Shown here: positions 37,950 through 47,772 of the stretch, piece after piece
Position numbering within the stretch: the stretch's first letter is position 1
Layout of the letters: each line of letters starts with the position of its first letter
Position numbers and translations under genes: made by a program
Source: Candidatus Curtissbacteria bacterium RIFCSPLOWO2_02_41_11
Lineage (GTDB): Bacteria; Patescibacteriota; Microgenomatia; Curtissbacterales; GWA2-41-24
NCBI GenBank assembly: GCA_001775055.1
Contig: MFBU01000002.1
Location: 1-56,486, forward strand
Length of the DNA stretch: 56,486 bases
Reading direction: 5' to 3'
The notes under the pieces: model-generated
Databases searched by the model: none
What the model was told of the DNA's origin: nothing
Seen by the model: only the letters and a program-made list of their open reading frames with translations

Positions 37950-38113
37950 GCTGCTTTAGTTACTAACTTCCTTGAACTTTTGGTCTAATGCAAAGTTAAA
38001 ATTAGAATCCCATGTAAGATTGCACGTTTGCTCTGGTTTTCTGAGGCTAAGAAAAAAGCTGGGTAGGCTAGCCTAAACCATTTCTCTCCTTATACACAAA
38101 ACAGTAACATACA

Positions 38114-38902
38114 CTAGCCATTATCTTTAGGGTTTATTTTAAAAAACGAATCTCGTTGATCACTTTGTGTAATTTTAATTCCCTTTACTGCCATTTCATT
38201 ACTTACACTGTTAGGTAAGTAGACTATAGTTTTTTCTGCAGAATAGTATCTTGCGATGGGAGAAAAATCATAAGTTCCAACGTAAATACCTGTAACGTTT
38301 TTGCCAATAAATTTACCATGAAGTTTGTGATTTGCACCAATTCTAATTAAATCCACCAATTTGTCTGTAATTAACTTTCTATCTCCCTTTTTTTCTCTTT
38401 TCATAAATTTTCTAACTTTTTTGCTTCTTTTGTTAAAGTAATCTTCCTGTGTTGCTGGCAAATACCCATCGCACTTTAGAAATATAGAATCCTCGAGATT
38501 TTTTTTGTCTAAAACGAAACAATTACTATCGACATTGGAAATACTGAAATAAAAACGTTGAAATATATCTTCATAATCACTCCAGCCAATTCCCGTCAAA
38601 ATTAGGTTACCTTTATGGGTATATGTTTCATTCAATTTCTCTCTTAAAAACGTCACGATATCTTCTGGTCCTTTGTTTCCTATTTTATAGTTACTTAATT
38701 CATTTGTTAGCCAGTCATGGACCTTTACATTTTTTATATAAGCCACACCTGTATATGATGTTAGAAAGCAAAAATGGTTTCCTCTAACTTGAGTCTGTTT
38801 AACTGAAAAATCATCGTGTAACTTTCCATTTTGATCGGTAAGTCTCATATCTGAAGTTTGGAACAAACAGTTTTTGTTTGCTGCTGTTATTATTAGTGTC
38901 AT
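38114..38902 (-). CDS. hypothetical protein, possible Ntn-hydrolase (proteasome-beta-like) fold
   Basis: starts MTLII...SDMRLT with Thr2, then YTG; AT-rich. Confidence 0.55.
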   Translation of the reverse strand: MTLIITAANKNCLFQTSDMRLTDQNGKLHDDFSVKQTQVRGNHFCFLTSYTGVAYIKNVKVHDWLTNELSNYKIGNKGPEDIVTFLREKLNETYTHKGNLILTGIGWSDYEDIFQRFYFSISNVDSNCFVLDKKNLEDSIFLKCDGYLPATQEDYFNKRSKKVRKFMKREKKGDRKLITDKLVDLIRIGANHKLHGKFIGKNVTGIYVGTYDFSPIARYYSAEKTIVYLPNSVSNEMAVKGIKITQSDQRDSFFKINPKDNG

Positions 38903-38941
38903 ATTTGGTTTGCAAAAAGTCCTAACATATTTGTGAAGGCA

Positions 38942-39022
38942 CTAGCTAATGATTTCCGAACTGCAAATTGGGTAGAAATTATTAAATATCCAGAGTTAGT
39001 TTATCAGAAATCGTAGCAATTT
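38942..39022 (+). repeat. accessory-block direct repeat, copy 3
   Basis: reads LANDFRTANWVEIIKYPELVYQKS*QF; overlaps the 3' end of the HAD gene. Confidence 0.8.
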
Positions 39023-39601
39023 CTTTCTTAAATCACCAGAATTTGTAAATAATATAGTCTTCATACCCATCTTAGCTGCTGGTTGTAAAAACTGGGGAAT
39101 ATCATCAATGAATATTGCCTCGTTGGCTCTAACGCCAGCCTTTTGTAGTGCTATTCTGTAAATCTTTGGGTTTGGCTTCCTTACTCCTACTTCGTGCGAA
39201 AAGACCCCATCTTCAAACCATGAAATAAAATCATGTTCTTTATTGAGTTTTTCGACCCGTTCTTTAACATTATCTGACAAAAATAGTAATTTATACTTTT
39301 TTGAAAGTTCTTTAATTAAATCTTTGGTTTCCGTTATTAGTTCGTACTGGTTAATCCACTCTGTCTCTAATTTATCTGCATCCTCACTAATACCTAACTC
39401 ATTTAAAAATCTTTCCCAAAATTCATCTCTAGAGATTTTTGACTCTCGATACAAAGAACCTATTTCCCCGTGCATTACCGTATTTACTTTTTCTCTATTC
39501 AGATTGTAAGTTTTAATTAAGTATTTAATGAAGCTCTTTGTACCGTTGGTAAAGAGTACCCCACCCAAATCAAAAATAATTGCTTTGACCATACAAATCA
39601 T
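38996..39601 (-). CDS. HAD family phosphatase
   Basis: IFDLGGV, LSD, KP.P.IY and FIDD motifs. Confidence 0.93.
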   Translation of the reverse strand: MICMVKAIIFDLGGVLFTNGTKSFIKYLIKTYNLNREKVNTVMHGEIGSLYRESKISRDEFWERFLNELGISEDADKLETEWINQYELITETKDLIKELSKKYKLLFLSDNVKERVEKLNKEHDFISWFEDGVFSHEVGVRKPNPKIYRIALQKAGVRANEAIFIDDIPQFLQPAAKMGMKTILFTNSGDLRKKLLRFLIN

Positions 39602-39712
39602 TATACCTAAAGTTCGAATTCACTTCGCGGTTGTTCTGTTTAATACAGTTTTTTGAGGCTAAAAATCCGGGTTCTGTATTAAAACTTCCCGTATAACAAA
39701 TCAATAAATGCT

Positions 39713-39755
39713 TTGGGTGAAATGATTGAACTATCTTGAAATTTTGCCAAAGAAA
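39713..39755 (+). repeat. accessory-block direct repeat, copy 4 (degenerate)
   Basis: TTGGGTGAAATGATTGAACTATCTTGAA versus copy 3 TTGGGTAGAAATTATTAAATATCCAGAG. Confidence 0.5.
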
Positions 39756-39827
39756 GAAGTGCTTTTTAATTTCCCATTGACATAACTTTGCTTTTATCTA
39801 GAATAGAAGTAAGAACAATTTATAAAA

Positions 39828-40460
39828 ATGAGAAGCATCAGAGGACTTCTTTTTCCGCAAGAAGGAATTTTTTTCGAACTTTTGGAAAGTGAAAGCAAAA
39901 ATGTTTTAAAAGGGGCCCAACTGCTTTCGCAAATGGCTACGAAATTTGACAACAACACTAACTTGATACGCAAAAAGATTAAACAGCTTGAACTTGAAGG
40001 AGATAAAATCGTTGCCGAAATCCACCAGCGGCTCAACTCCTCATTTATTACCCCAATTGACCATGAAGATATCGCCAACTTGGCCAATACTTACGACGAT
40101 GTCATTGACGGAATTTATACTTTTGTCAACAGACTGCATATTTACAATATCAAAAAAATAGATGGTGTAATTAAGTCTTTTGCAAAACTGGTCCTTTTAA
40201 CCTGTCAGGAAATTGACAAAGCATTTATTTCAATGAAAAAACTTTCCCAAACGGAAATGGACGCCCGAAGCGATAATGTCAAAAAACTTGAACGAGAAGC
40301 TGATGATCTTTTAGATCATTCAACTGCCGCCTTATTCAAGAATAAAAATTTTGTGGCCATCTTAAAGTATAAAGAGCTTTACGAAATTCTGGAAGGTACT
40401 ACCGATAAATGCATGGATGTGGTTGATATTTTACGCGGTGTTGTTTTAAAACATTCATAG
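39828..40460 (+). CDS. DUF47 phosphate transport regulator
   Basis: LE.EGD, FITPIDHEDI, LEREAD and LE.TTD motifs; upstream of pit. Confidence 0.92.
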   Translation: MRSIRGLLFPQEGIFFELLESESKNVLKGAQLLSQMATKFDNNTNLIRKKIKQLELEGDKIVAEIHQRLNSSFITPIDHEDIANLANTYDDVIDGIYTFVNRLHIYNIKKIDGVIKSFAKLVLLTCQEIDKAFISMKKLSQTEMDARSDNVKKLEREADDLLDHSTAALFKNKNFVAILKYKELYEILEGTTDKCMDVVDILRGVVLKHS

Positions 40461-41467
40461 TGGATTTTACTCTTTTCTCGCTAATCTTTATTATATTTCT
40501 GGCTTTTATCTTTGATTTTATAAACGGTTTTCATGATGCCGCCAATGCCATCGCCACCGTAGTTTCCACCCGTGTTCTTTCCCCCAGAAACGCCGTTGCT
40601 ATGGCTGCTTTTTTTAATTTTATAGCATTTTTAGTCTTTGGTGTGGCGGTTGCCACCACCATTGCCAAAGGCATTGTTGAGCCAACTTCGGTTACCCAAG
40701 AAGTAATTTTTGCGGCATTAATCGGTGCCATCGCCTGGGACTTAATTACCTGGTGGCAGGGGCTACCGACCTCCTCATCTCATGCCCTAATTGGCGGCTT
40801 TGTCGGAGCAGCTGTCACTAAATCCGGGCTAACGGTTTTAATTTTACCCGGACTTCAAAAAATTATAGTCTTTATGTTAATTTCACCAGTTGTCGGCTTT
40901 ATCCTGGCATTCATCTTGATGAGTTTGACCACGAGACTGCTTTTTAAAGTACCGGCGCCGAAAATTAACTGGGCTTTTAGAAAATTGCAATTAGTTTCAT
41001 CTGGATTTTATGCACTTTCCCACGGCACCAATGATGCCCAAAAAACCATGGGTATTGTAGCTATCTTGCTTTTTTCCAAAGGTTATCTGGGTGATAAACT
41101 CTATATACCGCTCTGGGTTGTCTTAATGGCCCATTTGGCAATTGCCTTAGGAACTTTAGCCGGCGGCTGGAAAATTGTCAGAACCATGGGCAAAAGAGTC
41201 ACCCACTTAAAGCCTGTTCATGGATTCAGTGCCGAAACTGCCGGAGGCATGGTTTTATTTTTTTCGGCATCGCTTGGGGTTCCGGTTTCCACAACTCATG
41301 CCATCTCCGGCTCGATTTTGGGAGTCGGCACATCACTTCGGGCAACGGCAGTCCGCTGGATTCTGGCAAGAAGAATAGTCTGGGCTTGGATTTTAACCAT
41401 TCCGGCCAGTGCAACAATTGCCGCACTTACCTATTATTTAGTTTATTTAATTTCAAAAATCTATTAA
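40460..41467 (+). CDS. pit: PiT family inorganic phosphate transporter
   Basis: NGFHDAANAIAT, PTSSSHA, HGTNDAQK and PVSTTH motifs. Confidence 0.95.
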   Translation: MDFTLFSLIFIIFLAFIFDFINGFHDAANAIATVVSTRVLSPRNAVAMAAFFNFIAFLVFGVAVATTIAKGIVEPTSVTQEVIFAALIGAIAWDLITWWQGLPTSSSHALIGGFVGAAVTKSGLTVLILPGLQKIIVFMLISPVVGFILAFILMSLTTRLLFKVPAPKINWAFRKLQLVSSGFYALSHGTNDAQKTMGIVAILLFSKGYLGDKLYIPLWVVLMAHLAIALGTLAGGWKIVRTMGKRVTHLKPVHGFSAETAGGMVLFFSASLGVPVSTTHAISGSILGVGTSLRATAVRWILARRIVWAWILTIPASATIAALTYYLVYLISKIY

Positions 41468-42147
41468 TCTTCGATCAACTTAAGGTTTCTTGGTGCAAGT
41501 TCCTCGCTTATCTTGTCGTACCAGGCACAAAAATCACAATCAGAACTTGCCTTCGGAATTCTCCCTTCCAAAATCTCAATTGCCCTGGCAATTCTTTTGA
41601 CGGTTCTGTCAGGATCGCCCTTAAGCTTGACCAGATGAACAACCATCGGAAATCCCCTATGTAAATATTTACCCAAATCGGGATAAACATAGATTAAGTA
41701 GCCAATATCGGCAACATTTTGTTTTTTTTGCGAAAGTAGATAAATATAGGCATCAATTTGCGCCTGATATGCAGCCAAAGTCTCTTTTTCTCGGGGATCG
41801 GAACTTGACGTTTTAAAATCGATTGGGACCAACTGATTTTGATCGTCTACCAAACATTCATCAAGTTTTCCCCAAAAGCCGTATTTTGCGTCAATGGTCA
41901 CGAAATATTTTTCTTGAAATGGATCTTGCAAACGCCCTTGAAGTTTGCCCTCAACCATCGGCGGCAGATCCGGGCGGTACATATTAAAATAATTTTTCAA
42001 AACCGTATCGAATCGGTTAGCAAGGCGCGACACAATACCTTCCGGCTGTCTTATCTTTCGGCGGTAAGAAAGCCAAAAACAGCGCGGACATCTTTCCAAA
42101 CTCTCAACACCGGTGTGCGATAACCAAACCCGGCCGTCCTTTGCCAT
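41464..42147 (-). CDS. PD-(D/E)XK nuclease, RecB/Cas4-like with four Cys
   Basis: CPRC, GKLD...IDFKT, Q...Y and CDFC motifs. Confidence 0.88.
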   Translation of the reverse strand: MAKDGRVWLSHTGVESLERCPRCFWLSYRRKIRQPEGIVSRLANRFDTVLKNYFNMYRPDLPPMVEGKLQGRLQDPFQEKYFVTIDAKYGFWGKLDECLVDDQNQLVPIDFKTSSSDPREKETLAAYQAQIDAYIYLLSQKKQNVADIGYLIYVYPDLGKYLHRGFPMVVHLVKLKGDPDRTVKRIARAIEILEGRIPKASSDCDFCAWYDKISEELAPRNLKLIED

Positions 42148-42188
42148 GTGGCCAGTTTAATTGCCGTCTTCTTATTCTGTCAAGGAAA

Positions 42189-43235
42189 TTATTGATTCTT
42201 ATTAAATTGCTTTTTGTAAAAATCTATATTGCGACTAACAACCGTAGACCATGAACCTTTGGCAAAATTGTGATCCTCGCCCCCATAAGTAAAATATTCG
42301 ATCTCTTTGCCCAATTTTTTTAATGTTTCATAAAGTTGGTCGGACCACTTAACGGGAACTGCCTCATCCGCTCCTCCCTGGTGCAGCTCTATTGGTGCCT
42401 TAATCCTGTCATAATAATTGGTTAGCGAATATTTTTCTGCGTCATAATCTTTTTCAAAATCGGCAACGACACGCCTAAGCATCTTCCCACGGTCATCAAA
42501 ATCATCAGTATAATAAAGGATAGAATATGGGAACGGTTTGGAAACCGGCGCCCAAAGAACAGTCGGATAACTTTTACTGCTAATTTCCAAAATGGTCAGG
42601 GCAATCTGGCCGCCGTTGCTATGTCCCCAAATTCCAACTTTGCCAATGTCTGCCGTAACACCGCCCTCTTTCCCTAATGCCTGATTTAAATTAGCAAGAG
42701 ACTCTAATAAAGTCATGGAAGCAATATAAGTTTGAAAACGTTCTTCCATGGGATTTTCAGAAGGCATATCCGATTTGCCATAACCTAAAAAATCGGGGGC
42801 CAGGGTGATAAAACCATTTTTGGCGAAAAATTGGCCGGCACGGACACTACCGGCACCGGTTTGATAATTTTCTTTGTCAATATAACCTCTAAACATCACA
42901 ATCACCGAATACACCCCTTCAGCCTTAGGAATATTGATAAGACCACTGACTTTCTTAGCTTGTCCTGAGGCTATCGAAGGATCAACATAGAAATAGAAAA
43001 GTCGGGAGGTAAAATCTGCTGTTTCTTCAAGAATTTCTGAAAGAATTATTTGACTGGCAGCAAACTGGGTTTTCGACAAAGCCTCAATGGTGTATTTAGC
43101 CAAGGGTTTTGGCTTTTCTTCTTGTTGATCTTTAAAAGCAGGGGTTAGGAAATTTGCGCCTGATTTGAATTTTGCAAAATACAATGCTGCTGCAACTGGC
43201 AAAATAATAACTAAAACAATCAGCAATTTTTTCAT
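42189..43235 (-). CDS. secreted alpha/beta hydrolase (S9-like)
   Basis: PDFLGYGKS, GHSNGG, D..VP and DHNF catalytic triad. Confidence 0.9.
   Translation of the reverse strand: MKKLLIVLVIILPVAAALYFAKFKSGANFLTPAFKDQQEEKPKPLAKYTIEALSKTQFAASQIILSEILEETADFTSRLFYFYVDPSIASGQAKKVSGLINIPKAEGVYSVIVMFRGYIDKENYQTGAGSVRAGQFFAKNGFITLAPDFLGYGKSDMPSENPMEERFQTYIASMTLLESLANLNQALGKEGGVTADIGKVGIWGHSNGGQIALTILEISSKSYPTVLWAPVSKPFPYSILYYTDDFDDRGKMLRRVVADFEKDYDAEKYSLTNYYDRIKAPIELHQGGADEAVPVKWSDQLYETLKKLGKEIEYFTYGGEDHNFAKGSWSTVVSRNIDFYKKQFNKNQ
42963..42981. repeat. REP-like palindrome read in frame in the hydrolase gene
   Basis: TCCTGAGGCTATCGAAGGA, encoding PSIASG. Confidence 0.6.
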
Positions 43236-43293
43236 TGACTTTGGGACTGGATTAAACCTTTTACCAATTATATAATGGATTTATAACTTATTA

Positions 43294-44205
43294 ATGCCAA
43301 TTATTAATTGGGCAAAGACCCATAAATTAATAGTCGCCCTTTTTTTGGTAATTGCCTTCCTGCTATTTAGAAATAATATCGTATTGCCTCAAACTTCAAG
43401 TCGCAATTTACCACCAGCAAAAAATTTTACTGGAACTGGCGATCTGTCTGAAATTAGTCCAAGATCACTCTCAACTGCTCCCCAAGAAGAAATTTCCAAG
43501 GTAAGCGAATCCAAAGATCGAATTGTCATTCAAACCTCCAACCTCTCGCTTTTAGTTGGCGATGTGCGTAAAGTCGGCGACGAAATCATCTCGTATGCCA
43601 AAAGCATCAGCGGCTTTATGGTCACAACATCCTATACCAAACCCGACGTTTCACCGTTTGCTACCATCACCGTCAGAGTTCCCACCGAAAAACTCGACGA
43701 GGCCCTTGCCCATTTTCGCCAACTTGCGATTAAAGTCACATCAGAAAATCTTGTCGGCACCGATGTCACCGAAGAATATACTGATATTGAAGCCCGCCTT
43801 GATACTTTGCAGAAAACCAAAACCAAATTTGAAGGAATTTTGGAGAAAGCCCAAAGCGTTTCGGATATCCTTGAAGTTCAGCGTGAACTTATTAACTTGC
43901 AGGAACAAATCGATTCGCTAAAAGGCCAAAAAGAGGCCCTGGAAAAAGGTGCGAATTTAACCAAAATCACCCTTTATCTTTCAACAGATGAGCTGGCTTT
44001 GCCCTACACGCCAGACAAGGTATTTAGGCCCAATGTTATCTTCAAAAGCGCTGTCCGTAGCTTAATTAACACCTTGCAGGCTATTGGCGGTATTCTGATC
44101 TGGGTTGGAGTTTTCGCTGTTATCTGGGTTCCGCTTCTTATAATTTATCTTCTCTACAAACGCGCAAGAGGAAAAAGGTCAAAAGCACAATCTGGGCCTT
44201 CTTAA
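43294..44205 (+). CDS. DUF4349 domain protein
   Basis: ITVRVP, DVTEEYTDIEARL, coiled coil and C-terminal TM. Confidence 0.9.
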   Translation: MPIINWAKTHKLIVALFLVIAFLLFRNNIVLPQTSSRNLPPAKNFTGTGDLSEISPRSLSTAPQEEISKVSESKDRIVIQTSNLSLLVGDVRKVGDEIISYAKSISGFMVTTSYTKPDVSPFATITVRVPTEKLDEALAHFRQLAIKVTSENLVGTDVTEEYTDIEARLDTLQKTKTKFEGILEKAQSVSDILEVQRELINLQEQIDSLKGQKEALEKGANLTKITLYLSTDELALPYTPDKVFRPNVIFKSAVRSLINTLQAIGGILIWVGVFAVIWVPLLIIYLLYKRARGKRSKAQSGPS

Positions 44206-44208
44206 TTC

Positions 44209-44703
44209 TCACCTTGTAACTAAATTACCATTTGCGTCAAGACACTCTGGCACCATGTCAGTGGGGAAATCATAAGGGGCAATTTGGGTACAGGTTGGAG
44301 TCGCCTGTCCGTCGTAAACAATTACCCAGCCGCTTTCTGTTTTGACTGCCAGAAAGTAACCGCCGCCGACCTCTGAAGTCTTTTCTTTTACATTGCCTTT
44401 TGCATGCTTGGCATCCTTTTTGGTAACTTGAACATCCAAATTAGTTTCAGATACTCCCAATTTGGCAGCCAGCGCTGCGGCAATTGCTTTGGCATCATCT
44501 TCCGAAAATTGAGGGGTTGGGGTTGGAGACGGTGTCGGAGAAGCTATAGATTGCTCAACTACAACGGTGGTCGCAACCGGAGAAGTTGTAGCAGTTGAGG
44601 TGATCTGATTAACTTTTTGGGTTTTTGCGGCAAAATAGACAAACAAACCAATAATAACCGCACCCAAAATAATGGCCAAAGGAATCTTATATTTATCTAT
44701 CAC
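44209..44703 (-). CDS. membrane-anchored protein with Thr/Pro linker
   Basis: N-terminal TM, SPTPSPTPTP linker, small Cys-containing domain. Confidence 0.8.
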   Translation of the reverse strand: MIDKYKIPLAIILGAVIIGLFVYFAAKTQKVNQITSTATTSPVATTVVVEQSIASPTPSPTPTPQFSEDDAKAIAAALAAKLGVSETNLDVQVTKKDAKHAKGNVKEKTSEVGGGYFLAVKTESGWVIVYDGQATPTCTQIAPYDFPTDMVPECLDANGNLVTR

Positions 44704-44795
44704 TGCCCCAAAGTCTAGTCCAAACCGCCAAAACTGTCAATTTTTGTTTAAGGCAGTATAAAAGAATAAAACAATGATTAGGGAAAGGTTTTGTT

Positions 44796-45242
44796 TTAGA
44801 AGGAACTGGCGGTCTGCAATTGGGCAAGTTTGTGGGCGGTTCTGACTATCCTAGCCACTCGGAAATAGTCAGTTAATAGTCCATCGGCGAGCTCTAAATC
44901 TAGTGGGTCTTCTGCATCAAATTTGGCTTTTTGGGCAATCAGCAACAGATTTAGGGAAGTCCTTTCCAAATCACTATAATTAACAGATCTTCTAATATAA
45001 TCATTGGGATCTGCCTCTTTCCAAACGGCAAACAAGCGGTTTAAATTTTGCGCTTTCGAGTCAAGATCATCAACCGGCTCTTTCGCAATCCCGCTGGTTA
45101 AAAAATCCAAGATGAGTTCCTCTCTTCTTTCCTTAAAATCAAACGGCGTCTCTGTTACTTGGGGAAAAGAGGGTCGATCAAATTGAATCAGGCGAAGATG
45201 TCGGTGTCTGGTGGTATTAACTCCCTTATCTCTTTCTCCCAC
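44796..45242 (-). CDS. hypothetical protein
   Basis: 148-aa ORF with no recognised motif. Confidence 0.65.
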   Translation of the reverse strand: MGERDKGVNTTRHRHLRLIQFDRPSFPQVTETPFDFKERREELILDFLTSGIAKEPVDDLDSKAQNLNRLFAVWKEADPNDYIRRSVNYSDLERTSLNLLLIAQKAKFDAEDPLDLELADGLLTDYFRVARIVRTAHKLAQLQTASSF

Positions 45243-45369
45243 AGATTAATTTAACCCTCAATTCCATCTTAGCCACCAAAAAAATTTAATTACAAGCCCC
45301 CATTTTAAGCTAGATTGCCTTCTTGATTTTAGATCGCCGATCGGTTAGGCTTATCAGAACTTTTTGAAT

Positions 45370-45777
45370 ATGCCAGCAAAAACAGCAAAAGCCAAACCAG
45401 TTAAGCCAAATGGCCCAAAAGGGTCAATTTTCCAAAAGATCAATCAATCTTTGGCAATAATTTTTTACCTTATGTGGATTGTCATTGGCCTGTTTTTCAT
45501 GCTTTTGATCATTGCAAATATCCACCAAGGGGTATTTAGACAATTATTCGCTCCCCCGCAGCAAGCCCCGCCGCAAGTGCAGACACCGACCGAAACAACA
45601 CTGTCGGGCATCGGCAAAGTCAATATCGAATGTATACAGTCGGCCTTAAGTAATGAAGTAATCGGCAAGATTATCCAGGAAGAGAATACTACTTTCTTAA
45701 CCGATGAGGAAAAAGCCAAACTTGAACCCTGTATTGTCGAAAAAGAAGCAACCCCCGCCCCCTCACCTTCACCGTAA
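45370..45777 (+). CDS. hypothetical membrane protein
   Basis: single TM and a Cys pair; ATG at 45370. Confidence 0.75.
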   Translation: MPAKTAKAKPVKPNGPKGSIFQKINQSLAIIFYLMWIVIGLFFMLLIIANIHQGVFRQLFAPPQQAPPQVQTPTETTLSGIGKVNIECIQSALSNEVIGKIIQEENTTFLTDEEKAKLEPCIVEKEATPAPSPSP

Positions 45778-45810
45778 AACCCTGAGCTAAAAAAGTTATG
45801 GATTTTTAGG

Positions 45811-46548
45811 TTACCCCGACTTTTCTCTAATGATGGCAATTTCTCTAGGTGCCTTGATTACGGATACTAGCTGACGACCGTATTGGGGATCTTTCATAAA
45901 TTTGAAACGGAGGTCTTGGTTAACAACTGAGCAAATAGTGTCAATGCGGACGACGACAATCTTAGTCGATGATTCTCTGCCAGCAATTACTTGTGACAAA
46001 GCCAAACGAGCAAAAGTTTCATTCCAGGTTAACAAGCGCAATCGCATAAAATTACCATTTTTAACATCACCAATTAACAAGGCGCCAAGTTTTTTAACTG
46101 CTAAGACCAAACCGCCAAATCTATCTTTTGACTGCTCAACTATTTGGGGGAATTCTTGATGACGACTAATCAACTCTTCCCTCAGTATCGGTAAATCTCT
46201 AGGAGCATCGATATTAAAGTAAATTCTTTGAAACGGATAAGGCCCTTGCGCCCGCACATGAGCATCAAGATTGATTTCTATACCATTAAGATGATAAGCC
46301 TTAAGAAACATTAAAGTCTGAAGCCGTGGCGGTTTCTCAAGATGGTCGGCAACTTCTGATACGACAAGATTAAACTGCCACTTATTCCAGCGAATCGGCC
46401 GAAATCTCAAGAATTCGCCTCTTGCAAAATCACCGGCAATAAAAGATTCGCAGCCACTGATAACCAGATGCAACCCAGAAATTGGTTGTTCGATTTCGAT
46501 AAAAGTAAGACGGCCTGGCACTTCGCCGGTTCTATCTCTTTCAGACAT
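45811..46548 (-). CDS. hypothetical protein
   Basis: 245-aa ORF overlapping the upstream ORF by 8 nt. Confidence 0.7.
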   Translation of the reverse strand: MSERDRTGEVPGRLTFIEIEQPISGLHLVISGCESFIAGDFARGEFLRFRPIRWNKWQFNLVVSEVADHLEKPPRLQTLMFLKAYHLNGIEINLDAHVRAQGPYPFQRIYFNIDAPRDLPILREELISRHQEFPQIVEQSKDRFGGLVLAVKKLGALLIGDVKNGNFMRLRLLTWNETFARLALSQVIAGRESSTKIVVVRIDTICSVVNQDLRFKFMKDPQYGRQLVSVIKAPREIAIIREKSG

Positions 46549-47062
46549 TATCTTCTTTCATCTCAAAAGCTGCACCAATAATTTGCGAAGCATTTGCCCA
46601 GAAGTCGACATTTTTTCGGTGTTGATGCGCATCAGAGCTCTCTGGCACTGCACGGCCAAAACTTGCCAGGGCAAGCTTAAATCTTTCCTTGGCATGTTGG
46701 GCAAGGTTTTCCAATGTAAGACAAGCTACCATTCGTCTGGCCTCCATTACGGTTATCTTCAATGGCTCGCAAAGTCCCTCCGGATATTCTTTATAATATA
46801 AAAATTGATCTCTAAAATCTCTAGCCAATTGACTGGGTTCACCGACATCCCTAAAACGCTCATTAATTGATTTATCAGGATCAGACCGCACTAACTGGCC
46901 AAAATATACTTCAAGATATTTGGCTTCATACGAATTAACTAGTTCTCCTCGGCGAACTGTTACCCCAGATTCCACTCTAGCATCTTGTAATATTGCCATT
47001 GCTGCTTCAACGACTTCATCTGAACTAGATAAACCCGATTCTCGATCCCTAAATAACGACAT
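46541..47062 (-). CDS. hypothetical protein
   Basis: 173-aa ORF; TATAAT 8 nt before ATG. Confidence 0.7.
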   Translation of the reverse strand: MSLFRDRESGLSSSDEVVEAAMAILQDARVESGVTVRRGELVNSYEAKYLEVYFGQLVRSDPDKSINERFRDVGEPSQLARDFRDQFLYYKEYPEGLCEPLKITVMEARRMVACLTLENLAQHAKERFKLALASFGRAVPESSDAHQHRKNVDFWANASQIIGAAFEMKEDNV

Positions 47063-47173
47063 AGGGCAAGATTATACAAGATCTCAGCCGGATTTTCCCC
47101 TCTTGCACTAAAGTGTTATAATTGCCCCACATCAAAATCTGCCGCAAAACTGCCCACTTAAGATAATTTTTAA

Positions 47174-47707
47174 ATGAGAAATAATTTAAGTTTTGTAGTC
47201 GGCGCAGTTGTTCTGATTATCTTTTTTGCCTTAGTTGCCTTTGCCGCCTCCAAATTTTATCAAAGGCAAAGCGAGAAAAAGCTTTCGCCTTCGCCTAGAC
47301 CAAGTCCTGTCAGCGGTTTTCCGACTGCCTCGCCAAGCCCAGAGACACTCGGTCAGGCTAATGTTCCGGCTGCCCAACCTGAATCCGGCAGTAATACTCT
47401 AGAGGAAAAGAATATTCGAATCTTTATAGAAAACCCTGCTCCTTCAAGTTTAATTTCCTCACCCCTTAAAATAAGCGGTTTGACAAATTTAACCTCAGGA
47501 ATAATTATGGCTCAAGTCAAAGATGCAAATGGCCAACTTTTAGGACAAAACCAAACCAGTGCTTGTACTACTTCAGATTCCTGCAGTTTCCAAACAGAGA
47601 TTGTCCTTGTCAGCCCTCAGACTCAAAGCGGTCTTGTCGAGGTCTTCAATTTGACAGAAGACAACTCAGAAGCTTATCGACAAAGCACCAGTGTCCGCTT
47701 TTGGTAA
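47174..47707 (+). CDS. membrane-anchored Ig-like (Gmad2-like) protein
   Basis: TM, Pro-rich linker, I.IENP....ISSPLKISG...VKDANG. Confidence 0.75.
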   Translation: MRNNLSFVVGAVVLIIFFALVAFAASKFYQRQSEKKLSPSPRPSPVSGFPTASPSPETLGQANVPAAQPESGSNTLEEKNIRIFIENPAPSSLISSPLKISGLTNLTSGIIMAQVKDANGQLLGQNQTSACTTSDSCSFQTEIVLVSPQTQSGLVEVFNLTEDNSEAYRQSTSVRFW

Positions 47708-47772
47708 AAATCCCCAAGCGAATTTCATCTTAAATAATATGATAAACTAAATAACGACTAAACGGTTATTTT

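Noticed and set aside
35481-39755. CRISPR array or classical integron attC sites
   Set aside because: Repeats are 0.8-2.2 kb apart, degenerate, non-palindromic and codon-structured; no cas or intI gene
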